Part shown: piece by piece, positions 55,137-63,365 of the stretch
Layout of the letters: each line of letters begins with the position of its first letter
Position numbering within the stretch: position 1 is the first letter of the stretch
Assembly (NCBI GenBank): GCA_963829525.1
Contig: CAWHIJ010000003.1
Span: 1,856,001-1,920,000 of the forward strand
Length of the DNA stretch: 64,000 bases
Direction of reading: 5' to 3'
Source of the DNA: an uncultured Actinomycetota bacterium
Lineage (GTDB): Bacteria > Actinomycetota > Actinomycetes > JAHEKZ01
Notes under the pieces: generated by a model
What the model was told of the DNA's origin: nothing
Seen by the model: only the letters and a program-made list of their open reading frames with translations
Database searches by the model: none
Translations under genes and position numbers: made by a program

Positions 55137-56781
55137 TCAGGCCACATTCACGTAGAGGAACGACTTAGAGCCTGGCTGCTCGTAGTCGAGCCGAATCTTC
55201 TGCCCAGCAGTTCCGGTCGTCCAGAGTCTCACCGACAGGTTCTGCGGCGAACCCTGGACCTTGTTGGCGACGGTGAACGATGAGCTCACGGTCATGGGCA
55301 CATTCACCCGAGCCCAGGTGTTGGCCGTCGCACAGCTGACCGTGGCCGAACCGATGTCCTTGCTCGTCCAGGTGCCTGGAGACTTCTCGTTGAAGGTGCC
55401 GATGGCGCCGTTGAGCGTGACATTGGCTCCCGTCGCCGGGCAGGAGACCATGACGCTCGCCGTAGCGGTAGCGGCCGCCACCGTCTTTGTCGACGCCGGG
55501 TTCCACCGCCACTCCGCCATCTGACTCGCTGTGCTCGACGTTGCCGTATCCGCCGGTGGTCAGCGACCGACCCGTGCCGTTCCCCAGCCTCGGTGGAGTA
55601 GTTGGCGCTCGCCGGCTGGTTGAGGCACGTGTTCTCGGTCATTGAGTTGACCAGCTGGCTGGTAGTGGCGCCGCTGGTCGCGGTGATCCCGTTCCGGAAT
55701 CCGAAGGGCGTTCCCACGCCTGCCGGCGTGGGCGGTGCACACGGTGCTGACGGCGCGGTGGACGGTACCGGTCGGAGCTGGGCGATGCACTTCCTCCGGT
55801 TGAGCCAGTGGTGACGGTGACCGTGAACGGGCCGACAGCAACAGCTGCTCCCGAGGCCGTGGGCTGAGCCGACGACAAGAAGTTGAAAGTCACGCTCGAC
55901 AGCCCCCAGCTCCGTCGAGGGAATGGCGCGGTGCGCCGTTACGCAGAAGGGCGGGTTGTTGTTCGGGTCCAGCTTTCCGGTATCAGGCTGGTTGTTGCCG
56001 AGCGCCGAGTCGGTGTTGCTCAGGGTGGTGTTCTCGCCGACATCGCGACTTCCGTCGCAGTCGGTGTCGACATAGTAGGTCCAGGTGCCGGCTGACGCGC
56101 TCAGGTTGAAGGTATCCCTCGCGCCACGGTTGACCACCTGGAACCCCCAGGTGAGTGTTGTACTGGGGTTCTGGGTCACCGTCGTCGCCGACGTCGGCGT
56201 CACGCCGTAGCTGGGTAGGGGGAGCCCCCGCGTGGTTTCGGTCAACAGAGTCGAGACCACTCGCTCATGTGATGACCCGTAGGAGCTCCAGGTAACCACC
56301 GTGGTGAGCCGCTTCTGGTACGGCTGCGACGCGCTGTCGTTGGTGACTCCTGCGGGAACAGTCACGTAGGTCTTGGTGGTGTACGACGATTCCGATCCGC
56401 GGTGGCCGGCTGGGCCACGACATGCGGGCTGATCGAGCCGGTCGTCTTCGCCCAGACGTTCTCCTGGCCGATTCCGTTCGGAACCGTGTACTTCGGCGTC
56501 GCGCCGCCGGTGATCGCCGTGTCGTTGACCTGGAGGTCAGACGTCACCATGGCCAGAGTCGCGTAGTTCACCCCGCGGGCATTCTCGACGATCTTGTTGA
56601 GGACGTCGACAGCTTGCTGGTTCTGACGGGCAAGGACGGACGCCCGAACGCCAGCAATTCCTGCGGCGGCCATGGCCGAGAAGATGATGGTGGAGATCGC
56701 CAGCGCGATCACCATTTCGATCAATGTGAAGCCGTCGCTCTGCTGCGTCTGACGCAGCCGCCCGCGCAGAAATGAGATCAC
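55137..56781 (-). CDS. Large pilin-like protein (about 550 aa) with Ig-like/adhesin C-terminal domains; 4 or more apparent frameshifts
   Basis: AAGGAG RBS; SDG|FTLIEMVIAL; KRLTTVVTW pilin-domain end; VNRGARDTF and YYVDTDCDGSRD segments. ORF pieces 56362-56859, 55304-56365, 55639-55893 and 55137-55520 abut. Confidence 0.7.
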
Positions 56782-56813
56782 AGCACGCTCCTTTGGTCCT
56801 CGCCCATGGCGCC

Positions 56814-56841
56814 CTATCGACTTCGTTGAGTGGTGTCTTGA
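56814..56841 (-). promoter_or_regulatory. Sigma28-type promoter of the minor pilin operon
   Basis: Minus strand reads (C)TCAA-N16-GTCGATAG. Confidence 0.7.
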
Positions 56842-56922
56842 GTGAGAGGGGGGGCGCAAGCCCCTGTTTCCGCCCTGGAATCACCCATGCGGCCTAGGTC
56901 GAGAAGCAACACGCCGGCAAAG

Positions 56923-56960
56923 CGAAGGACCCAGGCCGCCGGGGCGACCTGGGTCCTTCG
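56923..56960 (-). terminator. Terminator hairpin downstream of pilA
   Basis: CGAAGGACCCAGG...CCTGGGTCCTTCG 13-bp stem 15 nt after the pilA stop, followed by CTTT on the minus strand. Confidence 0.8.
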
Positions 56961-56975
56961 ATGATCGGTGAAGGG

Positions 56976-57401
56976 TCAGCAGCCGCCGGCGGCGAGACCG
57001 CCCTCTTCGCTGTTGTAGTGCCAGGTCTTGCTGATGCGAGTGTTGTTCGCTTCGATGCAGTACGCCTGTCCGTTGTTGACGAGCCCCGAAGTGACAGCGG
57101 TGTCAGGGTCGGAGATCTTGACGTCCGTGGTGTCACCGTTGGTCGAGGTGACAGTCACAACCTGGCCAGCCTGGCCGGTGGTGCCGTAGGCCTGCGTGTC
57201 AGTGAAGAACGACTCCAACTCGTTCGCCACGGCGCGCAGGTCAGACTTCATGCCGGACTCCGTCGCCTTGTTGCGCTGGTTCAGGAAGACCGGGATTGCG
57301 ATGGCGGCAAGAATGCCGATGATGATGATGACGACCAGGAGCTCGATGAGGGTGAAGCCGCCTTCACGCTCCTCCATGGCCTTGCGAATTCGAGCGAGCA
57401 T
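56976..57401 (-). CDS. pilA: Major type IV pilin
   Basis: MLARIRKAMEEREGG|FTLIELLVVIIIIGILAAIAIPVFLNQR; C-terminal Cys pair; GAAAGGGA RBS; own promoter and terminator. Confidence 0.93.
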   Translation of the reverse strand: MLARIRKAMEEREGGFTLIELLVVIIIIGILAAIAIPVFLNQRNKATESGMKSDLRAVANELESFFTDTQAYGTTGQAGQVVTVTSTNGDTTDVKISDPDTAVTSGLVNNGQAYCIEANNTRISKTWHYNSEEGGLAAGGC

Positions 57402-57481
57402 TGTTGTCCCTTTCCAACTGTCGGTGAGCCGTGCGGCGCTCGCCCTTGGGTGATCCGTCACGGACAAGTCCGCTCCGGAGT

Positions 57482-57563
57482 CAGCCGAGGTAGCTGGGCC
57501 GACCACTGAGGTCCCCTGGCTTTGCGACCCTGCCTTGCGACAGGTGTGCCGTTTCTGGCCGGT
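57482..57563 (-). ncRNA. c-di-GMP-I (GEMM-I) riboswitch in the pilA 5' UTR
   Basis: Minus strand reads AAACGGCACAC-CTGTC-GCAA-GGCAG-GGTCGCAAAGCCAGGGGACC-TCAG-TGGTCGGCCCAGCTACC. It shows GGCAmAC, a GNRA-capped P2, the GCAAAGC junction, P3 and the 3' RCC of class I. Confidence 0.85.
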
Positions 57564-57581
57564 TGGCTCTTTACGGATACT

Positions 57582-57609
57582 TCTTCGACCCAGCGATGGG
57601 GCACCTTTA
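57582..57609 (-). promoter_or_regulatory. Sigma28-type promoter of pilA, upstream of the riboswitch
   Basis: Minus strand reads (C)TAAA-N16-GTCGAAGA; the implied TSS lies just 5' of the aptamer. Confidence 0.75.
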
Positions 57610-57630
57610 GCACCCGAAGTCACGGGTTGG

Positions 57631-58851
57631 TTACTTGATGAGGTCGAAGATCTTGAAGATCGGCATGTACATCGCCACGATCATCGCCCCGACAATGCCA
57701 CCAAGGAACGCGATCATGAGCGGTTCGATCAGCGAGGTCAGCGCCTCTGTGGTGGCCTCGACCTCTTGGTCGTAGAACTCCGAGATCTTGTGCAACATCT
57801 CATCCAGTGCACCGGTGTCCTCACCGACCGACATCATCTGCACCACCATGGGTGGAAAGACCTTGTGATGGGCTAGCGGCGCCGTCAGCGACTCACCGTT
57901 GCGCACGCTCTCTTGGACGTCTCTCACCGCCTTGGCGACCACGCTGTTACCGGAGGTGTCCGCCACGATGTCCAGGCTCTGCAGGATTGGCACACCAGCA
58001 TGCAGCATCGTTCCGAAGTTGCGGGTGAATCGGCTGAGGGCGATCTTCTGGAAGAGACCGCCGAAGACCGGCATCTTCAGCTTCAACGGGTCGAGGAAGT
58101 TGCGCACCTGCTCCTTGTGCTTGACCCGCTTCCACACGATCATGAAGACGATCAGCCCGATGATGATGAACGGAAAGAACGTCTTCAGCAGGTGGCTCAT
58201 GTTCACCAGGATCTGGGTGGGCAACGGCAGCTTGGCCCCGAGACCTTCGAACATCTTGGCGAAGACCGGCACGATGAAGAGCAGCATTCCGGTCACGGCC
58301 AGCATGGCCATCACGAAGACCACCACGGGGTAGGTCATGGCACTCTTGATCTTGCCCTTCAGCTTGACCTCAGCCTCGTAGTTCTCAGCGATCTGCAACA
58401 GCACGCCGTCGAGGAAGCCACCGACCTCACCGGCTCTGACCATGTTGATCATCAGCGGTGGAAAGACCTCAGGATGCTGGGCCAGCGCCCCAGAGAGTGG
58501 ATTGCCGGTCTCGACGTCGTTGCGCACCTCGGCAAGAACCTTGGCGAGCGTCTTGTTCTCGGTTTGCTCCGAGAGGATGTTGAGCGCACGAAGGAGGGAG
58601 AGCCCAGAGTTGATCATCGTCGCGAACTGTCGAGACATGATCGACAGGTCCTTTAGCTTCACCTTGCCGCCGAAGCCGGGAATCTTCAGCTCGGTCTTCA
58701 TTCCGCTGCTGGCCTTGGAGATGCTGACCGTGGCGTAGCCCATGCTGCTCAGCTTCTGTGCAACAGCCGACTGCGACTCCGCTTCAAGCGTGCCCGAGAC
58801 GATCTTTCCGGTCTTGTCGCGGACCTGATACTGGAAGGTCGTGGTTCCCAT
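57631..58851 (-). CDS. pilC: Type IV pilus platform protein PilC (T2SS F family)
   Basis: SRQFATMINSGL, AGEVGGFLD, SAMTYP, VGEDTGALD, IEPLMI, AMYMPIF. Confidence 0.95.
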   Translation of the reverse strand: MGTTTFQYQVRDKTGKIVSGTLEAESQSAVAQKLSSMGYATVSISKASSGMKTELKIPGFGGKVKLKDLSIMSRQFATMINSGLSLLRALNILSEQTENKTLAKVLAEVRNDVETGNPLSGALAQHPEVFPPLMINMVRAGEVGGFLDGVLLQIAENYEAEVKLKGKIKSAMTYPVVVFVMAMLAVTGMLLFIVPVFAKMFEGLGAKLPLPTQILVNMSHLLKTFFPFIIIGLIVFMIVWKRVKHKEQVRNFLDPLKLKMPVFGGLFQKIALSRFTRNFGTMLHAGVPILQSLDIVADTSGNSVVAKAVRDVQESVRNGESLTAPLAHHKVFPPMVVQMMSVGEDTGALDEMLHKISEFYDQEVEATTEALTSLIEPLMIAFLGGIVGAMIVAMYMPIFKIFDLIK

Positions 58852-58865
58852 GTGTGACGCTCCCG

Positions 58866-60509
58866 TCAGCCTCGGCCGGTAAGCCGGTTGAAGTCTTCGA
58901 TGTGGTGGCACTTCTCAGTACCGGTCTCGTACGTGATGCGTCCCTTGTTGACGAGATCGGCCAGATGCTGGTCCATGGTCTGCATGCCGAACTTCGACCC
59001 GGCCTGCATCGCGCTGTAGATCTGGTGCGTCTTCCCTTCACGAATCAAGTTCCGGATGGCTGGAGTGGCCACCAAGATCTCGCAGGCCACTACCCGCCCT
59101 TTGCCGTCAGTCGTCCTGGCCAGGGTCTGGCAGACCACCCCTTGGAGCGACTGGGCGAGCTGAGCACGCACCTGCTGTTGCTGGTGGGGAGGGAACACGT
59201 CGATCACACGGTCGATGGTCTGTGCCGCGTCCTGGGTGTGCAGCGTCGCGTAGACGAGGTGACCGGTCTCTGCGGCGGTGAGGGCAACCCCGATCGTCTC
59301 GAGGTCGCGCATTTCACCGACCAGGATGATGTCGGGGTCCTGACGTAGCACGTGCTTCAGCGCGTTCTTGAAGGACTTGGTGTCCTCGCCGACCTCACGT
59401 TGGTTCACCAGACTCATCTGGTGGCGGTGCAAGAACTCGATCGGGTCCTCACACGTCATGATGTGCTCTTTGCGCTGACGGTTCGCCAGGTCGAGGAGCG
59501 ACGCCAGGGTGGTGGACTTGCCCGAACCGGTGGGGCCGGTGACGAGGACGAATCCACGTGGAAGAGCTGCGAAGTTGGCCACCTGAGTCGGAACGCCGAG
59601 GTCCTCGAGCTTCTTGATCTCGAAGGGGATGATGCGGAAGGCAGCGCCGACGGAGTCCCGCTGGCGGTACATGTTGACGCGGAAGCGCGCCCGTCCTGGC
59701 ACGGAGTAGGCGAAGTCCAGCTCGAGCTCCTGCTCGAAGTGCTCGCGCTGGCGCTGGGTGATGGCTGCATACATGACCCGCTGGATCACCGGGGGCGTCA
59801 GCACCGGGTACTGATCCATCTGGGAAAGCTCACCATTGACGCGGATCGCCGGACGGGCACCTGCGGTGATGTGCAGGTCCGATGCGCCCATCTCCAACAT
59901 GTGCAGCAGCAGTTCAACAAGGACGATCTCGTCGCCGGCCAGGCTCGGCTCGGTGGAGACGCGGGTGTAAGCCGACTCGTCCACCTCGGTGTCCGCCAGC
60001 TCCATGGGCTCTGGAGTGGCGTACTCCTGCACGTACTCAGCTTCTGGTGCCCGAAACTCGGTCAGCTCTTCAACCTGGGCACCTTCACCCGCACCGGCAG
60101 TCTCTGAGTCGTCCGGGGTCTTGCCCTGGTCGTCGTGGAAGGCCTGGTAGTCGAAGGTGGCCGGCTCCGGGTCGCTTTCTACGTCGACGGTCGCGGCCTC
60201 CTCTGCGGCGATCGTCAGCGACATCGGAAGTCCCGAAGATGCTTCCGGGACGGTCTCCTCCGGTGCCAGCAGGGATCCGGAGTCGAACGACGTGGGGTCG
60301 AACGACGTGGGCTCGAAACTGGGCACTGCATCACCCGCGGGGTCACCAGCGGGCTCCGTCACGGCTTCATCGGCTGGGTGGGCGGCTGGCTCAGCGGTCG
60401 TCGTGGGGGCCGGCGCCGGCGTGAAGAACTCCATGTCCGAACCGGGTGCGGGAGCGTCGGGGCGAGAGTCATCACCCTGCGGCGCACCGCTGAACTCTGT
60501 GGTCTCCAC
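58866..60509 (-). CDS. pilT: Retraction ATPase PilT with an acidic disordered N-terminal extension of about 190 aa
   Basis: ASDLHI, GPTGSGKSTT, EDPIEF, LRQDPD, AAETGH, TLHT, and the AIRNLIRE PilT signature; AGGAGG RBS upstream of GTG 60509. Confidence 0.93.
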   Translation of the reverse strand: METTEFSGAPQGDDSRPDAPAPGSDMEFFTPAPAPTTTAEPAAHPADEAVTEPAGDPAGDAVPSFEPTSFDPTSFDSGSLLAPEETVPEASSGLPMSLTIAAEEAATVDVESDPEPATFDYQAFHDDQGKTPDDSETAGAGEGAQVEELTEFRAPEAEYVQEYATPEPMELADTEVDESAYTRVSTEPSLAGDEIVLVELLLHMLEMGASDLHITAGARPAIRVNGELSQMDQYPVLTPPVIQRVMYAAITQRQREHFEQELELDFAYSVPGRARFRVNMYRQRDSVGAAFRIIPFEIKKLEDLGVPTQVANFAALPRGFVLVTGPTGSGKSTTLASLLDLANRQRKEHIMTCEDPIEFLHRHQMSLVNQREVGEDTKSFKNALKHVLRQDPDIILVGEMRDLETIGVALTAAETGHLVYATLHTQDAAQTIDRVIDVFPPHQQQQVRAQLAQSLQGVVCQTLARTTDGKGRVVACEILVATPAIRNLIREGKTHQIYSAMQAGSKFGMQTMDQHLADLVNKGRITYETGTEKCHHIEDFNRLTGRG

Positions 60510-60574
60510 GTCGAGCTGCCTCCTTGGGCGTACACCACGAGCACCACCATCGGCGGTGGTACCCCTGTAGCGGT

Positions 60575-60602
60575 CTTTCGGCGTCTAGAGGTCACCCCTT
60601 GA
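60575..60602 (-). promoter_or_regulatory. Sigma28-type promoter of pilT-pilC
   Basis: Minus strand reads (C)TCAA-N16-GCCGAAAG. Confidence 0.75.
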
Positions 60603-60675
60603 GCCGACTCCCGGAGAACTAGTCATCGGAAGTGCACGACAGGCGTCCAATCGACCATCGGGCGTCCCACCGGGC

Positions 60676-62343
60676 CTAGACGACGACGCGCAGGATCTCG
60701 TCGATCGTGGTGACCCCGCTGGCGACTTTGAGCATCCCGTCGTCGCGCAGGGTGCGCATGCCTTCGGCCCGCGCCGTCTCGGAGATGACCGTCGCCGAGG
60801 CGTGCTCGACCGCGTGGCGCTCAACGGCCTCCGAGACCGCCATCACTTCGTGCAGAGCCAGGCGACCTCGATAGCCGGTCTTCGAACATGCGGTGCACCC
60901 GACCGCCCGGTAGAGGGTAGGAAGCTCTTGCCCGTCCACCCAGGGAAAGCGAGCCTGCACCAGTGCGTCGGGTGTCGGTTGGTATGCCTCCTTGCACTTC
61001 GAGCAGAGCCGGCGAGCCAGACGCTGGGCCAGGACGCAGTCCAGGGCCGACCCCACCAGAAATGGCTCGAGCCCCATCTCGGTGAGCCGGGTGACGGCCG
61101 ACGGGGCGTCGTTGGTGTGCAGGGTCGAGAGAACGAGGTGACCGGTCAGGGCCGCTTCCACTGCGATCTGGGCGGTCTCGTGGTCGCGGATCTCACCGAT
61201 CAGAACGATGTCGGGGTCACAGCGAAGGATCGACCGCAGCGCCGCGGCGAAGGTGAGGCCAGCCTTGGTATTGGTCTGCACCTGGTTGATGCCAGGAAGC
61301 CGGTACTCGACCGGGTCCTCAACGGTGATGACATTGACCTCGGGGCGGGCGATCTGGTTGAGCGTCGCGTAGAGCGTCGTGGACTTTCCCGAACCGGTCG
61401 GTCCAGTCACCAAAATCATGCCGTATGGCTTGGAGAAGCTCCGGGCAAAGACTTCGCTGTTGAACTCCGAGAACCCCAGGTCTGACAAGGCCATTTGTGC
61501 ATTGGAGTTGTCCAGGATTCGCATGACGACCTTCTCGCCCCAGACAGTAGGGAGCGTCGCAACGCGAAGGTCGATCTTCTTTCCTTGGTGATTGACCGAG
61601 AGTCGTCCGTCCTGGGGAACGCGTCGCTCGGCGATGTTGATGTCCGACATGATCTTCAGGCGGCTGATGACCCCAGACTGGATGTTCTTCGGTGACTTCA
61701 TCACCTCATGCAGCACGCCATCGATCCGGTACCGCACGACCAGGGAGTGCTCGTTCGGCTCGAGGTGGATGTCGGAGGCTCGGTCCTGGATCGCCTGGGT
61801 GATGAGCAAGTTGACGAACTTGACGATCGGGGCGTCCTCGACCACCTCCTTCAGCCCAGCGAGGTCCTCCTCGTCCTCGTCACCGTGCATGACGGCGGTG
61901 AGGTCGTCGAGGTCGGAGTCGGCGCGGAAGTACCTGTCGATGGCGCCCAGGACGTCGGCTCGTGTGGCGACGACTGGTCGGACCTCGAGGCCGGTGATCG
62001 AGCGGATGTCGTCGATCGCGAAGACGTTCGCCGGATCGGCCATGGCGACCAGCAGCTTGCCCTCATCGTCGATCCGCAGGGGCAGGGCGGAGTGCTTGCG
62101 GCAGATGGCTCCCGAGACCCTGGCGATGATGCTTCCGTCGACGGGGTAGTCGCCCAGGTCGACGAACTCAAGACCGATCTGTTGGGCGAGCGCGGCTACG
62201 AGCTGCGACTCGGTCAGAACGCCCTGGTCGACGAGGACCCGGCCGAGAGCCTTGCCCTGTTCCTTGTGCTCGCGAAACGCAGCGAAGAGCTGGTCCTCGG
62301 TGACCAGACCGTCCTGCAACAGGATGTCGCCCAGCTGCTTCAC
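60676..62343 (-). CDS. pilB: Extension ATPase PilB (GspE/PulE family) with an MshEN-like N-terminus
   Basis: KQLGDILL..G...QL and KALGRVLV..G...QL tandem motifs; ASDIHLEP, GPTGSGKSTT, tetracysteine motif, GYRGR. Confidence 0.95.
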   Translation of the reverse strand: MKQLGDILLQDGLVTEDQLFAAFREHKEQGKALGRVLVDQGVLTESQLVAALAQQIGLEFVDLGDYPVDGSIIARVSGAICRKHSALPLRIDDEGKLLVAMADPANVFAIDDIRSITGLEVRPVVATRADVLGAIDRYFRADSDLDDLTAVMHGDEDEEDLAGLKEVVEDAPIVKFVNLLITQAIQDRASDIHLEPNEHSLVVRYRIDGVLHEVMKSPKNIQSGVISRLKIMSDINIAERRVPQDGRLSVNHQGKKIDLRVATLPTVWGEKVVMRILDNSNAQMALSDLGFSEFNSEVFARSFSKPYGMILVTGPTGSGKSTTLYATLNQIARPEVNVITVEDPVEYRLPGINQVQTNTKAGLTFAAALRSILRCDPDIVLIGEIRDHETAQIAVEAALTGHLVLSTLHTNDAPSAVTRLTEMGLEPFLVGSALDCVLAQRLARRLCSKCKEAYQPTPDALVQARFPWVDGQELPTLYRAVGCTACSKTGYRGRLALHEVMAVSEAVERHAVEHASATVISETARAEGMRTLRDDGMLKVASGVTTIDEILRVVV

Positions 62344-62408
62344 GCCAACGCCCTCCACCCTCGGCCGCCCCACAGGGGTTTGTCCCCCGGGCCCCGATGT
62401 CTTGCACT

Positions 62409-62435
62409 AGATCGGCCGATCATGAGCGGGCTTGA
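62409..62435 (-). promoter_or_regulatory. Sigma28-type promoter of pilB
   Basis: Minus strand reads (C)TCAA-N15-GCCGATCT. Confidence 0.72.
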
Positions 62436-62459
62436 GCGAACCGGCTTCCAGGAGGCCAT

Positions 62460-62771
62460 TTAGCCGCCGACCAGGGTGCGAGCAACCGCCCAAAAGGCGC
62501 CGACCCGAGGGTCGCCGGCGGCAAGCTCGTGACCCGAACCGTCGGCGAAGCCCAGGTAGACCCCACTCCGCGCAGGCTCCGGCGCCGCAGCCGGAGGAGC
62601 GTGGTCGGGCGCGGGAGCAGCCTCGAGCAGGTATTCGCTTCCCTGCTGCGGAGGCACCCCCGGCGCGGCTGAGGTCTGGGTTGGCGGGGCTTGGATCGTC
62701 GGCGTCGGCCGGCCCGCGGCGTGTCGTCCCTTCGGTGGTGCTTCGGGCGAGCGGCGGGAGAGCCAGCGCAT
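62460..62771 (-). CDS. Small hypothetical protein (103 aa)
   Basis: Fills the gap between the GTPase and pilB on the same strand; Pro-rich N-terminus and compact C-terminus VYLGFADG..LAAGDPR..F. Confidence 0.55.
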   Translation of the reverse strand: MRWLSRRSPEAPPKGRHAAGRPTPTIQAPPTQTSAAPGVPPQQGSEYLLEAAPAPDHAPPAAAPEPARSGVYLGFADGSGHELAAGDPRVGAFWAVARTLVGG

Positions 62772-62788
62772 GAATGATCCGTCCGGCG

Positions 62789-63364
62789 TCAGACGCCCGC
62801 GGTTGCCGTTTCGACCTCGTCCAAGACCGAGTACAGCAGCGCAAGCAGAACCGCCTTGACCGACTCCTTGTCGGTGGCGTCACATGGCACGAGCGCAACA
62901 GAGCTGTCGACGCCCAGCGTCTGACGGATCCGGGCCTCCTCCACTTCGTCGACGCCGGTCGTGCGGTTCAGAGCCACGACGAACGGGACGCGCGCCATCC
63001 GACGGAAGGCGTCGAGGATGCCGACCGCCTCGGCGAGCGAGTCCGGCCGGTTGGCATCGAGAAGCAGGACGTAGCCGAGCATGCCCTCGCCGAGGATCTC
63101 CCACATGAAGTCGAAGCGCTCTTGACCAGGTGTACCGAACAAATAGAGGACGAGCTCGCGGTCGATGGTGATACGGCCGAAGTCCATCGCCACGGTGGTC
63201 TCGTTCTTGCGTGACCGCGTGCTGTCGGAGATCCCACGCTCGGTCGAGAGCACAGTGATCTCGCTGATCGTGCGGATCAGCGTGGTCTTGCCGGCGGCGA
63301 ACGGTCCGGTGATCACCACCTTGACGGCCTGCCCACCGTGTCGACGGCGTTGTTTGGTTGCCAT
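62789..63364 (-). CDS. Small Ras-like GTPase, MglA/CvnD family
   Basis: G1 GPFAAGKTT, TTVAMDFG, LFGTPGQERFDFMW, VVALN, CDA. Confidence 0.88.
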   Translation of the reverse strand: MATKQRRRHGGQAVKVVITGPFAAGKTTLIRTISEITVLSTERGISDSTRSRKNETTVAMDFGRITIDRELVLYLFGTPGQERFDFMWEILGEGMLGYVLLLDANRPDSLAEAVGILDAFRRMARVPFVVALNRTTGVDEVEEARIRQTLGVDSSVALVPCDATDKESVKAVLLALLYSVLDEVETATAGV

Positions 63365-63365
63365 G

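Noticed and set aside
56976-57623. 215-aa long form of the pilin in the ORF track
   Set aside because: The upstream extension spans the promoter and riboswitch; the RBS and prepilin leader support ATG 57401.
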